64,000 nucleotides of DNA from Hydrolagus colliei (taxonomy: Eukaryota). Below are positions 37,690-51,991 of the stretch, in pieces. Position numbers and translations under genes: made by a program. The notes below the pieces were generated by a model, which worked only from the letters and a program-made list of their open reading frames with translations, had not been told where the DNA came from and made no database searches. The stretch covers positions 5,084,001 to 5,148,000 of the forward strand of contig CM068751.1 of NCBI GenBank assembly GCA_035084275.1. The letters run 5' to 3'. Numbering within the stretch: position 1 is the first letter of the stretch; each line of letters begins with the position of its first letter.

Positions 37690-37757
37690 CTTGGCTATGA
37701 TGAAACTGCATTTTCTCCTCATCTGGGTCTTGTTTTGCTTTGATGTAGCCACAATGC
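37690..37757 (-). CDS. epha4l: EphA receptor exon 9 equivalent: membrane-proximal juxtamembrane segment
   Basis: Read by hand as HCGYIKAKQDPDEEKMQFHHSQ. Acceptor is a T/C tract followed by caag, donor gtgaga. 68 nt, phase 2-1, fits both neighbours. Confidence 0.92.
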
Positions 37758-38540
37758 CTTGGGGGGGGGGAGGAAAAAAAAGAGCGTATCTACAACAGGA
37801 AAGGAAATGTTCAATTTTTTCCTCAAAATGTGTTTAATAACTGCAGCAGACTATATGCCTACTGCCGATTCTCGATGTTTTGGGCACCATCCTGAATACA
37901 AAATGACAAATATACGGGCATGAAATGCAATTTCCAAGTGTTGCGGTGTCATTCAAAGTTTGTGCACATTCTTGCTGGAGCCGCAGGCACTCAGGGAAAA
38001 CGACAAAATAACAACAATTATATTGACACAAGGGTAGTGTCCCAGAGTGCCTAGAGCTGGACACTGCCAAACAATCTTTCAACTCCACTAAATGTATATT
38101 GCGTGAGGATATCAACCAGTGCAAGTGTACTAAAAGGAGACCAGGCGGGAACTATGAGTCCGCAACCTAATTGTAAACCCAGCAAGAACAACGGCCCATT
38201 GAGGACTGACATTTCTGATGCCATTGTGTAGGAAAAGGTTTCATATGAGATAAGAAATTGATTTTTTTTCAATCTAGTAGCATCATGGTATAATATCAGG
38301 GATTAAACTGAGTTATCTCTTACTCAGATTCCTTAATAAGGAATATTCACTTTATTGAAGGACATGAGTAGATATTTAAGCAAGGTCAACGAGATGACTG
38401 AAGATTGTTTGTGACAAAAAGTAAGATTTTACTTTCCCTGTAACTTTAGTCAAGTAATTGGTCAAAATAATATTGTTTTTCTACAGCAGCTATGCACAGT
38501 TTTTATTATTTGTTTTCATGTTCTGTCATTCCTTATCAGT

Positions 38541-38865
38541 GGAGTCCTGTAGCTCAGTGGTTAGAGCACTCGCCTTACATGCGAGAGAATCTGGGTTCAA
38601 CTCCAGGCAGGGCGAAACCTTGGGCAAATTTCCTTAATCCACATGCCTAAAAATAATCCCTCAAAAAAACAATAATTGGTCATTTCAATCTACGACTATT
38701 TGTGGGACACTGCGGTGCGCAATTGGCTGCTGCATTTTGCCCACATAAAAACAGTCAATTCACTTTACAGTATATTCTATGAAGCGCTTTGAGACGTCTT
38801 GCAGATGTGGAAAGTGCCATATCAAATGCAAGGATTACTATTATTATTATTATTATTATTATTAT
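38541..38865 (+). mobile_element. Full-length tRNA-derived SINE with Deu-like core and L2-type tail
   Basis: Head GGAGTCCTGTAGCTCAGTGGTTAGAGC (A box) to GGTTCAACTCC (B box). Core TGTGGGACACTGCGGTGCGCAATTGGCTGC. Tail AAGCGCTTTGAGACGTC...AAATGCAAGG(ATT)n. Confidence 0.9.
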
Positions 38866-40832
38866 CCTTCAGGAAATGTTTAATTGCTCTATATGCACTG
38901 AGTGGGGTCCAATACAAGATGTTCACATCGGGAAAAGATAAATGCTAGATGAAAATTGCTTTAAACCAAAGCTTGCTGTACAAATGGAGGTCAACCAATG
39001 ACATCTCAGATCCTAAGCAGCCCTCAGTACAGATTCTCAGAGAGGATGCAGGGAGAGGCAATTCACAAGTAATTCTTCTGGTAATCCTCATCCAAACTCA
39101 ACTCGAGCTCTATGAGCCTAAATCCTTTAATGGAGACACATGTGAGGCAGACTATGGGTAACTGGGCAGAAAGACGATCCACATCGATGGGATAATTCAT
39201 TTGTCTAGAGGTTGCATCACCCGATTGTTTGAGGAACTGAGAATTTCTTTTAAAAGAAAGGGTAACCTCGGGGGGGGGGGGGGGGGGGGGGGCTCTCTAC
39301 GGTGTCAGGTGAGAGATTTTTCTTTTCCCCAAATGGCAACTAGACAAATGAAGCCTGTGATTCAGGTCTGAGAGCTTCCACTGTTCTCCAAGGGGCACAT
39401 CATCTGAAATTAGTAAGAAATGACTCTGCAAGCTTTTATATTCTCCAGGAACCTGCGATCAGAGACTCTCTGTCACGTGCTGTGCACAGCAGGTCTGATG
39501 TGCTCAGAATTAGTTGCAGTTGGAATATGTCTTGTCATCTGTCACTCAAGTAAAAAACAGCAAGACCTCCAGGTGGAAATGAAAGTGTCCGCTTTAGTGA
39601 TGGGTGCACGGAGAGTTCAGGGTCACGAAGAAATGAAATTCTGTTATGCTCGTCTACAATGAAATGTTCGGCAACATAACATTGCAGTATTTTAATAATT
39701 ACTTCATTTTTCTTCGTCGATCTTTCCATTTCTCAGTTAAAGGTCAAATGAACCGGCCAATACTTTTCCATTGTTGTGTGCGGGGAAGTGGATGATCGAT
39801 AATAGCTGTAATCTTTTTTGAATTTTTAATCTTAATCGTACTGTCTGCTTTTCCACAGTTTTTCCCTATCCCAAGAGATGAGGTTACATTTACCAGATCG
39901 TTGTTTAGCTAGAACAGTGAGATCAGTTTTACGGATATTAATGTGACTCCAGAGATTAATTTAACACAATTAATCCCTTATCTGCTTTCAGCAGTTTGGA
40001 CCAATAGTTCAGGTACCAGTCAGCCATCAAGTAAAGCATCCTGGCTTAAATTAACCCAGAAAAATATCTAATTATGTATCTAATTTCATTGGTGCTGGCT
40101 CCTTACGTGTTTCATATCATTTATAGCTGTTAATATTCTCAATGAGAACCATTATCTTTTGTTTTAAAAACAACTCTGGATATATACTAATATAAAACAC
40201 AAGTATAAAACAATGGCTAAAACACTTTGCAGTTCACAGCACAACCTTAAAAGACGTAGAACTGTCACTATCTATAAATAGCTGCCTTGCTCTGTGAGAT
40301 TGGCCAGAGTGTGTTCTCATTTTCGACTGGGGCACTTCAAGGAGATAGGAATTGGAAGCAAGATAGAGCGATGGACAATCAGGAGGCAAGAACAGATTCC
40401 TTGCTTGCCTGCATCGACTGGCAATGGTGGGAGGATAGGAGGAACCTAAATGTTCGCCTGCAAAACTACACAGTCACCATACTTTACAGGGAATGTGGGA
40501 AGTGCTTTGAGATGAAAGCAAACGTAAGGGATTGTAGTTTAACTAATGAGATCAGGATTGAAATCAATTATTTTGCTACATTATTTCTGTTCAGGAGCAG
40601 AGGAAAATGAAAATAACACATTTTTAGGTGACATTATCTATGGCATTTAAGCACGCTGAATGGGTTAACGTGTGTATGTTAATAATGTCTACCATTATAA
40701 CTAATGAATTAAAATTTTTATTTGTTATAAAGATCTCCTTTAATAGCTATACCTCACTGAAGAAATACATTCCTCAGTTCAGTAATGTGCCACTCACTTT
40801 CTAGATTTTGGATCAATATCAAGTGCTGGAGG

Positions 40833-41215
40833 CAACAACAACAATACAATTACATTTGTCGAGCACCTTTCACGTCGGGAAGACATCCCAAGGCTCTGAA
40901 CAGTCAGGTCAGGACCCGAGCAAGGGGAGGGAGAGATTTGGGAGGGGAGGGAGAGAGTTAGGAGGGCAGTAGAAACCACGATCGAAGAGGAGGTTCTTGA
41001 GACGGCTTTGAAGGAGGCAAAGGAGGAAGTGAGGCAAAGGGACTGTGGGATGGAATTCCCAAGTTTGGGAACAGAGAGGGTGAAAGCCCATCCACCGATG
41101 GTAGGGGGAACATGGCTCTGTGAAGGGAGGGGGAGGGCAGGTTCATAGGGAGTCAGCAAGTCGGAGAGATAGGAGGGGGCAAGGTTGTGTATAGCCTCGT
41201 AAGTGAGGACGAGGC
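40833..41215 (-). mobile_element. L2-type LINE 3' fragment
   Basis: The minus-strand translation PTIGGWAFTLSVPKLGNSIPQSL...SFK resembles the L2 ORF2 C-terminal motif (G.RAFS..AP.LWNSLP...FK). It is followed by a stem-loop tail and (TTG)n. Confidence 0.78.
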
Positions 41216-44194
41216 AGAATTCTGGGCTTCATCAACATGCTTTCAACACTGCTTCACAGCTTGCTGACAAGAGGGAGCAACTGGAGCTATAGAGAGCCAT
41301 CTGGTTTCTGCCCATTGCTCCTTCCCTGAGAGATGGAATATTGTATTTACAACACAGAATTCGCATCAGTGGCTGCTGAGGTTGAGAAATCACACAACCG
41401 AAGTTGTAGAATGGAAGGAACAAAAATCTTTCCCTTTTCTCTCCCTTTCCTCCCCGCAAACTCCAACTCATGGCCAAATCTTTTTTGGTGAAAGTGGGGA
41501 GCACGAATAAATGATTATTAGGGGAGTGAATTGAGATAAAAAGAATTGCAGTTTGTTGAAATGAAAAAGGGTTAATTTCAGCACCGTTTCAGATGATGGA
41601 AACTGACTGATGCTATCTGAATCGCATCCTCCTGGAAGAATTGATAGTGGCTGTGAAGAAGCCGAGACCTCACCCCTAAGGAACAGTGACAAAGAGGTTG
41701 GAATATTTGGATAGCAGGCTGCAGTCAGCCGAAAACACTGAGTTTCCTATTTCTAAACTTCGTAACTGGCCCAAATCCACTTTTTCTCTGGCTCAGACAT
41801 TGCTCCATCTGTCCCTGATTTTGGCATCTGTAACTCCTATTAATCTTCCTCTGGTTTTGTTCCCCGTTCTCTCACCCTCCCCACTCCATCCCCGACCACC
41901 ATGCTCTGAAGTGTTTGTATGTGGGAAAAAAAAAGCTTCAAAGCACAAAATATTTGAGATTTCGACCACCGTCCTATAAATATTTTAAGGCAACAAATGT
42001 AAAATCATGCAAACTGCTTTTTAAAAGGGTAGTGTTTGCTGTGTAATGGTAGCAAAACAATGTTTGTTTGCACTGAGGATGCATCATGTGGAATGGTGAA
42101 TGCAGAAATTTAACCCACTGAGTGATAGTAGGCAGAATAACCCACAAATTCATTTTGTAATATTTCATTTCTCCTATTTGGCATTTTGAATACTCAATGC
42201 CACATTTTGTATTGAAAAAAAATTCTATTTTAATAAGTTAAAAGTACAAATTAGATTCACCCCCTGGAAGCATATGCTTCATGTGCACAATTACTGAGAC
42301 TCATTATGAAGAGAAGTGCCAAATATCTGATTCTTGAGAATTTTCATCCACTTTGGTTAGAAATATAGGGTTATTATGAGTGCTTGTGTGCTTGCACAAA
42401 CCTATTGGTAAAATTAGGCAGGTGGACTGACATCCTTTTGGATGGGACACACTGAAATCTTTTAGAAATGGTTGAGACCGTAATTTGTAAATTCGGTTGT
42501 AATCTCAAGTCCCATTTACATTTACTTCTCCTTTCAGAATGTATTTCACAATGCTTGTCTGCATGAATTAGTGTTTAACAAAAACAAATTTAAAATCATA
42601 TTTTGACCAGTTAACATAGTTTTGCAAATTCAAAAAACTTCCTACACATTTTAAAAAGGTATGAAAACAATTGGGAAATTGTGATTTATAGACTAGGTTT
42701 TCTGGTACCATGTTGTCTGTTCTTTCACATTGCCAAATGCTGAAACTGTACGATGGTGAGTTTCCAGCAGTGGATATCTGACCAGTCAACTGAATCAGAT
42801 CAATGGACCTTGGAGATCAGTGACAGATATTGCAGCCAGATTGGCCTCCAGTGTTACCGAGGCTAAGGTTAATTTGACGGATAGAGTTGGCTGGACACGT
42901 GTCTCTTGTGATTATGGTCTTCTTTATTGGAATAGATATTCACTGCACCACTATAGCTGAACCTTTTCTATTCGAGCCTTTGGCAAAAAGAACTCAGGAT
43001 TCAAAAAACGTACAATTTTGGAATAATGGATTTGAGAATCAATAGCCTGTTTAGTCAAAAGGAAGGTTAATACTTCCAAGAAAGCAATTGGAGAAATGTT
43101 GGGCATCAGAGACTTGACCGCTTTCTTCTTCCAGTTCTCCCTTCAGTTGAAATCTAACTCCTTAAGCAAAACATTTAAAATGGGTCAAGTTTTACAAGAT
43201 AAGGTAAACAGCGGTTGTATTTTTCTGCAAATCATTATACAGTGACCCTTGATAGAAATTATCCATGGGTGGCGTTTTGTAGGAAAAAGATTGAGCTTAT
43301 CTTTGTTGCCACGCTCAGTAAAATAACCTATGGGACTTGCACAGGAAAAGGGGATTAATGGATGAGGTAGCAGAGAATGTTCCAAACCTGGGTAGTTACT
43401 CTCCCCTGACTTCACCTAAATAAATGCACATTCACTTTATACAATGGGAATCCTGTGTTCATTTCATTTTTAATTGATCTTGGACCATTTGAACAATCAG
43501 TCAATGTGATCCACTTATGATAAACGTATTGTAAAAGGCATAACTTCACATTTACTATAATGCAAGTAATCAATAGTAGTGAGTGTCTTATCTTTAATCT
43601 AGCTGCTTTCTTGACCACAACTTTCCGATGAAGTGCAATTAAATTTCAAGGGGACCAATTATACACCAGTTATCCTGTTGGTTGTATACTGAGACTTGTT
43701 TGATCCACACAGAAGTCTTTGTAGAAATTCTAAGAAAGTCAGGTTCAGTACAAGATTGCTAATGAAATAACATCAATTCTTCTTGCAGGCTGAGTTTGAA
43801 GAGTTGTTTAATGTATTGATTTAATGTATTGCTAACATCGCTAATGTTGTCATCTCGCTAGTTGACAAACCATTGTATTAATGTAAAACTGTCAATCTTG
43901 GATCACAACTTTAACTCGGCTTTTCTCACCAATTATTTTCGCTCATTTTCTGCCTCTTTTGTTTCCCCATCTTACTCGAATCAGCAGAACAGGATAGGAC
44001 TTAGCGCTCCTAGTGGTTTGACTGCATGCAAGAAAACATTCCTTTCTGAAAATTTCCCCCGCGTACAATCCCTTCCTCAATGACCCTGCCCGCACAGTTC
44101 TCTCTCCAGGTTCAAGCGCAACAACAGGACAAGTTATCTAGTTTGGATCACTGTAAAAAAAAATCACAACAATTTACTCTGAAAGGCACTTGTC

Positions 44195-44405
44195 AGCCTA
44201 GCTCAGTGGTTAGCATTCGCACCTCTGAGTTGCAAGGATCTCACTTCAAACCCCACTTTGGGGTTTGAACTTGGTCATCTAAGATGATACTCTAATGCAG
44301 TTCTGAGGGAGTGTTGCATTGTCAGAGGTGCCATCCTTCAAATGTGATGCTAAACCAAGGTGCTGGCTGCCTGTTCGTGGCACCATTTGAAAAGAGAAAG
44401 GAGTG
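44195..44405 (+). mobile_element. Older DeuSINE remnant (SacSINE1/AmnSINE1-like)
   Basis: tRNA-like TAGCTCAGTGGTTAGCA followed by GCAGTTCTGAGGGAGTGTTGCATTGTCAGAGGTGCCATCCTTC, resembling the DeuSINE body as I recall it. Confidence 0.65.
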
Positions 44406-47400
44406 AAACTGAGTATGCACTTAGTTCTTGTAAGCATGTCTGTATACACTTAGTTACATGTTCTATCCCCTGACTTGCAGCAATTAAGAAGTGAGAAATA
44501 TAAATCCTGGCACTTGTTCCAAAATAACCGCTGCTGGAAGTGATCGAGAAAATAGCAGTAGAAACTGACATAAGATTCAAATTTAGACTTGCTGCTTCCT
44601 CCATTGCATTGACGTTATTATGCAAACCTTGTGCAAGTAATAACAAAAGAATATTAGAGAAGAAAATGTGCTCCACAGGCCTTGCCGTTGACTGAAGTGG
44701 TTGTGGGTTAGAAATACTTTCTGCTTTTATTATACCGAGATGCAACTAAATTGTACTGGTGTGAAATTTAAAACTCAATGATGTATCCCTCCCTACACAG
44801 CTCATAGACCAGTACAGTGAGCACATTAAACGTGTGGCAAATGACCATCATCGTCAAGATGTCAATTCTATGAGCACAGTTTGAAGTGCCAATCGTCTGT
44901 GAATAAATCTTCACTTTCACAAGCTTTAGAATTAAGGATTAGGTTACTGGCACTCGTTGTAAAACTAACACAATTTAGTTCAGAAATGGACCACAATAAT
45001 ATCTCCTGTTGGGTACAGAGCGCAGATCCTTATGGACATAATTTAAGATTGACCATACAGTTTCTGCCATCTGTTGGATTGAGCACATGCCAGAGCAACA
45101 GAAGAATTTGTCATTTCATCATTTCCCCGAGCCATCATTTGTGGCTTGATTTAAAATTCACATCTGTGTTGCAGACCTGGATTTGACATGTGGGAAATTT
45201 CTGATTGTGAGGAGCTAAATTTGAATCCAATAATAACGAGACAATATTGAGAACTCAGTGGTCTCAACATTACTTTCAGCGGATGTGAATTTGCAGCACA
45301 ATCCTAATTGCAAAATTTAGATAATAGTCTACTGAACAACAACAACAACAAAATTACACTTGTATAGTGCCTTTCCCTTCAGGAGGATGTCCCAAGGTGC
45401 TGAATACAGTGTGTAAGACTTGGGAATATTACTGTGATGCAGTAAGAAGGCTTTCACGTTCCCATTAATTCTGCACTTTTAATGTCAACTCAACGCACTT
45501 TCCAAGGTAAATTTAGACTTGGTGCAGTACAAATCAGGTTTTAAGACATGAAGTCATTTCAAGCTCTGCTTCTAAACCTAGCTGAACAGGGACTGCCACT
45601 GTATATGGAACTACAATCCAAGCTAGTGGTGCTGCCTTCGCAAGTAGAAGATAAAAATAAACTACTGTGGATGCCCTCTCTGCAGCAAACTAGGGATTGA
45701 ATATTAATATGCTGGTTTACTAGCTCACTTTGAAGTACTTGAGTCCCCTTCACATATTCCATTGTCCAATTATCAAGATGTAGCCAACTTTGACGCTTAA
45801 TGCAATATTCTCATTAATCAGACCCCAGGGAGCAAGAATATGCTGAGAGTAGAAAATAGTATTCAGATGCTCCACTGTGGATGACATCATTTAAACAGAA
45901 CCATCAGTGGAAACAGCTTTAACTTTCTGCAACACCAAACTAAAGCTGGAGAGATCAGATTCAAACCAAATTGGGTTCCTGGATAAATATCTACACTTTG
46001 ACCATTTTCCATTGGAGATCAGACACCTTCTCACAGTTAAACAGAAAAACAGAGGGAAAAGTTGTCACAGTGCCGTTCACTGACATCCCTCATGAACAGA
46101 ATAACACCACTAATAGGACCTCAGGTGTAGACTGTTTGTTTGATCACAGAAAATACATAACCCAGAGTTTGGGTGGAGTAGGAATGCGTTAAGGTCTGCT
46201 TTTGATCACCTAATAGTATGGCTAAAAGCACACCTCACACATGACAATGAAGGAAGAACTGAAACTATAGCGTTCGTGTTTTGCAGTTTCCTACTCTAGT
46301 CTTCAATCATTGGTCTCCATCTTCTATTTCAACACTCAAATGTTACGAGGTTCAAAGCTCTCACAATTAATCCTGTTACCCAGGTCCTTTGATGGCTTAT
46401 AACCTGGCAACATAGTCCTGCCAATCAGAGCACAGATTAAATTTGATATACATGGAATGTTGTATTGCAATGTAAAATGTCTTGAGAATCTAAGAATAAG
46501 GGGCTTCTGGGAAAAATTGGCTCTGGTAAACTTGGGAAATTTCCTTTCATCTTAAAGATGCAGCTGATCACCTTCAACAGTAAAGGCTACAAATCGTCCC
46601 ATAATAATGCATAATTTATAGAAACACAACTTCCTATGGAGGCTGATTAACATCTTCTCCATCTGGCCTCACTCCAGGAAAGTCTAATTATCTTTGTTTA
46701 GCACTTCTTATTGTACTTGTGGATTCTGTGCATCTTCTGACTGCAAATGAGATAAAACATTAAGCCCACTCATGCCTCCTTCTGTTGCAGGCATCTCCAG
46801 CTCCTAGACTTTTTGCAACAATTCAGATTAATTGCAACTGAAATAGATTTAAAAAGTACTTTTTAATTTTGAAAACAGCCAATTGTGTAGGTAATCATTC
46901 ACTATAAATTCAGATCTTACATTGGATCTGAATGTTTAGCTGATTTGATGATGATCCAATACATAACTTTGATATCACCAGACTTCCTCCAATATTCTGC
47001 TCCAATTCATGATTTGTGGGTTGGCAGCAAAATATATGCAGGTTGTGTTAATCACGGGAAAATGCAGGTTGTGTTAACTACAGGCAAATGTATGTGTACA
47101 GTTGAAATTACAGATCCCTAATTGTGTAACAACTATTGAAAATTAATACAAGGGATTTGGTCCCCCTTTAATGTTTAGTCAACCTGGAAATTTTACTCTT
47201 GGTTTGTTAATCCATAAATCAGAGTTGTATGGAAACCTGGAGTGGATACAGTATTTCCATGGAATTACTTTAAAGGGTGACAATTGTATTTCATGATTGG
47301 CAGGGCATCTGTGTAAGAGTGCAAATGCAAAGCCAAATTAGAGGCATTTAGCTTTGTCACAATTTTTGGGAAAGGGCAGTGGGCTACCCCGGTAATGCAT

Positions 47401-47599
47401 TGAAATATCCAATCCTTATTGTATTTTATGTTCTTTCAGGAATACTAGGTAATAGAATATTTTTTGGCTTTACACACAGTGATAGCTCGCTGCCTATGAA
47501 GGATGTATTTCTTGCTCGTCGCTGCACCATCAACCTAACCTGGAAGCACTCAACTGCATCCCTCAACTGGTTCAGTATTCTCAGTATTTGTTCTGTGTT

Positions 47600-47832
47600 G
47601 ACTCTTTGGTAGATAAGGACAGGTGGAGTCATTCATCCCATCAAGCCTCATCTGCCAATTTATTAGATTGTGGTAGATATTTCGATCCCATTTCCCTTCT
47701 TGTCCATTCTCTATAATACTGATGCATCCCAATTAACACTGAGCATCCCTTTTAAATATTCCAATAAATTCTCCCCCTATAACATTCTGGGGGTAATACA
47801 TTCCACATTCTTCCAACCATCTGTGTAAAGAA
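47600..47832 (-). mobile_element. Old CR1 LINE 3' fragment
   Basis: The minus strand reads approximately FFTQMVGRMWNVLP...IFK, the CR1 ORF2 C-terminal motif, followed by a degenerate tail. Confidence 0.65.
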
Positions 47833-49353
47833 GGTAATTAGCTCAGAAGATCCAAGAATACATTCTAGTTCAGCTCAGATTCATCCCCAGATCAAAGAGT
47901 TGGAAAAATAGCATTCTTCTCTCACTGCAAAATAGACTTTCATCCTTTATACTGTACTGTATTTGCGATAATGAATAGATAGCTTTCTTCAGGGTTTTGA
48001 AGAATGCTACAGGCACTTCCACACAATCTATTAAATCTGTGTGTTCATTTTAAATTAAACGGCAATGAAACCTCAAATGGAAATTGGTGCAAACATGACT
48101 ATGAAAACCAACCGAATCTACAAATTAGAATGAAATCGCAGAAGACTGTCAAATCTAGCTATGGTCTATTCATTCCAGATAATAACTTTCTATAATTAAA
48201 AGCTTTACTGATATTAACAAAAATGCAAACTTTCTAAAATTCTCTAATCATTTCATTTTAGATGGGTTATAGGTTTTCGAAATGGAAAATGCAGTGACCT
48301 GTATCAAATCAGTCTAAGTGAAGGGTTAAGCCATAGCCCACAGTCTATGCTTCACTCAATCTAACTGTGCAAGGCTATATGAATATAGATGTGACTTTCT
48401 GCTTCAAAGACATTTGTTATTAGCAAGTTTACTGATTAAACAGGGTTGCTGGAACATTGCATTTCATTTGCATGCAAAATGAAAATCTAAGACGCCTCTT
48501 GAAGTAGCTATAATAGGGGCTAATATTAAGAACAATATCCCACAGATCAAGCTTTCAGACTTATAGTAGAATATACAGGTTTCCAATTTTAAAACCAGGA
48601 TTGAAGAATGTAAGAATATTAAGTTGAGGTGATAAGAGAGTCAGTGAGATGAGACGCAATATACTTTAAATATAAACTAAAAGCCAATATAGTTAGAGAA
48701 GCAAACCTCTTGGGAGTGGGGGAATAAACACAATCCATAAAAATGCCCTCAATAGATGCACATTACTCAAAATATTCTCTGCTATGGGAGTGGGAAAGAT
48801 CCATAGATACTATAAGCTGCCACCAAATTGCATGGAACACAATTGTTTCAGTGCTGCTGGGACTTGAAGTATTGCCTTTGGAGGTTAATTGCTGTGGTTG
48901 AACACTGAAGTAGAAATAGATAAACTGGCATTTTGCATGATTACATTTGGGAATCAATGAATATTTAGATAATAATAATAGATCGTTCCCTCTGAGGATT
49001 CAGCAAAACAGTCCACGATTGGGTAGATGGCAGATGGTCCATGGAACAAATTGACTTAACGGACTGAATGGCCTTTTTTCTTCATATTCCGGGCTTTCAT
49101 ATCTTCTAAGTTTCATATCAGAAATGTGTTGCATCACCTTGTTACATTCACCCATCAAAATCGAATGTAAGCACGTCTTGGCAAATATTTGCACAATTTT
49201 CTATTGGCGCTGCTTTGGTCTTGGCAAGAGCTACATTTTATATTCCACCCCCACCCCTTCTCCCACTCCCCCCCCCCCCCCCCCCCCCCCCAACTCTTTA
49301 ACTCACAACATTAAAATAAGAAAAGAAATTGCTGAGAAATGTTTTTCATTTAC

Positions 49354-49462
49354 CTTCCGCTGACAACAAAACAGGTAACCAGGAAGACTAGGAGAACTAT
49401 TCCACCAGCGACAGATACAGCCATGATGGTAGGCTGGTTCGGATCACCAATCGCTAGCATAT
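49354..49462 (-). CDS. epha4l: EphA receptor exon 8 equivalent: transmembrane helix
   Basis: Read by hand as (D)MLAIGDPNQPTIMAVSVAGGIVLLVFLVTCFVVSG(R). Acceptor tcttatcttcag, donor gtaaat. 109 nt, phase 1-2. Confidence 0.93.
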
Positions 49463-51104
49463 CTGAAGATAAGATGAAGACAAACATATTGGTATCGCAT
49501 CAATAACAAAAAACAACACATTTAAAGTTCTACTGTCATTTCAGATGCTACAAGCAAGAAGTGACTAACTATTTTTGTAAAAGGGAGTCACTTTCATGAG
49601 CTTATTGTGGGAATTTGCTTTGGCAGGTCATTAAACATTTATCTTGTGCTGAACATATCATAACAGACTTGCAGACAGTCTGATTTGGTTCAAACAGTAC
49701 AATACTGCAGTATGAAATAGTGTCTTCTCCTATCTCTAATTTTCTTCCTTTCTCTCCTGAAGCAGTCAGCTTACAGGTGCTGGCAACAGATTAGTACATC
49801 ATTCATTAAAGGGACTCTCAGACCTTATGATCTGCTTTATTTCTCTAAAGGCATGGTTACATGCAGAAATAATAGGATCATAAGATTCCTATGCTATACG
49901 TCTAAGGCAAATAGGATGTAAGATTTTAAACCTATTACTCTCTGAACTCATCTCTCTTTTACGTAGCTAATGAAAACGAGCACCAAACTAGAAGAGCTTC
50001 CCCCTGCTTTGTGTGTTTTATAATTATCAATGCCCTTCCAAACCAGATGAGTGCAAAGCCAGTGAAGGAATGACTAGGCACTAACATGGACATTTTTGTT
50101 TGTTTCTGAACATACAATCACTCTATGCCACTGTGATGAATGGAAGTCTCTCTCAGTGCACATCTACAGAGGGCTGTTTCTTCCTGCCAACAATGTGCTG
50201 ACCAACACTCCCATTTTCCAATTCAAAATGAGATTGGCCCAAAACAGTTTGCCACTTTGGATCCGGTGCTCGTGTCCAGCGTGCTTGCGGACGGTTACGC
50301 GATTGGAATGAGATGATGAACCTTTGTGAGATCCAGAAACGTAGCTTACAATTTCTGTTATGTAACAGTTTTGTGAATTGTGTTCATTTTCCATTGGCGG
50401 CTTACGGTTTACGTTGAGAGCTGGTGAGTGGAAGCTTGAAAATGAGCTGGGATTTATGGCCTTGATGCGCACTTTATTCTTTTTAATAGCTGTGGACTTG
50501 CAGTTCTGTTGTTATTCTTTTTAATCAAAAAACACTCAAGTGTCTATGAATGAACATTTTCACTAGCCAAAGAAAGAATCACTCCCTCCAGTGGAAAATA
50601 AAAAAGCAATAATGCACTCAAATTAATTATCCATCGTATCTTTACTAGTTTTAACAACAGAAATACAAACTCGCATTGTTCAACTGGTGACAGCTTTCCA
50701 GACACTTCTTCCTAACAAACATTTTAAAAAATAAATCCTGCACTAGATTGCTTTTCAATAATTGGTTATTTGCATTTATTAAGAGCCGAGACATGAGTGA
50801 AACATCCTTAGACCTATTGCTATTGTGTTCTTACACGTTTACATTTGGACTCAAGGCAACACGTGGATTTATTCCATTTCTATTCTCAGCTAATTTTCTT
50901 AACATTGGGTGTTATTCGGTCACAAGCATCATTCTAGCCAATGGGCAAGGCTGATCACGTGCCTCTTGGATAGATGTTCTGTAACCAGCTGTGCAGAGGA
51001 ATCTGAAAGCATTTTACTTCTTCCCTGTTGTGAAATACATCGGTCTCCATGAAGTCAGCGTGCAGGGAAGGTTTTGAGCAATGTATATTCACAACCCTCA
51101 CCCA

Positions 51105-51150
51105 TCCCTCCCTCCCTCCCTCCCTCCACACACACACACACACACACACA
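51105..51150 (+). repeat. (TCCC)n-(CA)n compound microsatellite
   Basis: Directly visible. Confidence 0.9.
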
Positions 51151-51991
51151 TACTCCTCAATAAAAGCATGAAAATATATTAAATTACCAATCTGACAGCC
51201 ACAAAGGGCATGTTATTTAGTTTTAGCCAGTGATAGTCGAGCATTAACTACACTCAGGTCATAGAGAGGATCACCTCCAAATAAACGTTCCAGAGCTACA
51301 GCTGACATGGGGACTGTATTGGAGCAATCGAAGATAAGATGTTTGATTGAAGAATTATCACAACTTGAGTCCTTCATCCGCAAGGCCTATCCCCAGCAGC
51401 CCCCGCATGACATGCATACAGTCGTCAATTTTATAAATATATTTTTAACTTTGGTACAAATGCTGATAGACATATCTGACAGCAAATAAGCCACATTATT
51501 GCCCAGGTTCAGAACCGATCTCAACTCACCCGGTTTTGCAAGGAAATCTCAATGGCATTTGAAAAGGTTGTCAAGAATTGAGCAATGCAAGGATTGTGCA
51601 TGGGTTAACAACACATTAGCCACTTTAACAGAACACCTTCCTGGGGCGGTCTCTTGAGGAGAAAATGTAATGCGGTATCTTTAAAATATGTAGCACTAAA
51701 TCTAAATGTATCAGTACCTTGGATTCATTTTAAACAATCACATCGGATTTAAAATAATAAGATTTGGTGTCGGAAAATAGCAATGTACAGGACTGGAAAA
51801 GACAAGTCTGGTCAGCTCCTTCAATAAGGAAAGAACGTTGGGTTACTCTAAATTTTCCAATTTTTGAATGAATTTGTTTACGCAATCTGCCTCCGTCCTC
51901 TCTCTACATTCACCACCATCTAGGACTAAACTAACTGTTCACCTGCCACTTCTTCTGAGCTTGAGTTCAGTGTTGATCTTCCTTTACTCAC

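Noticed and set aside
38541-38615. tRNA genes (also near 30310-30380, 32430-32500, 57890-57956 and 58330-58400)
   Set aside because: Each tRNA-like sequence continues into a SINE body or tail and lacks a proper acceptor stem, so they are SINE heads.
47036-47095. Short tandem duplication ATGCAGGTTGTGTTAA x2, and homopolymer runs near 39270-39292 and 49268-49291
   Set aside because: These are ordinary slippage products with no sign of function.
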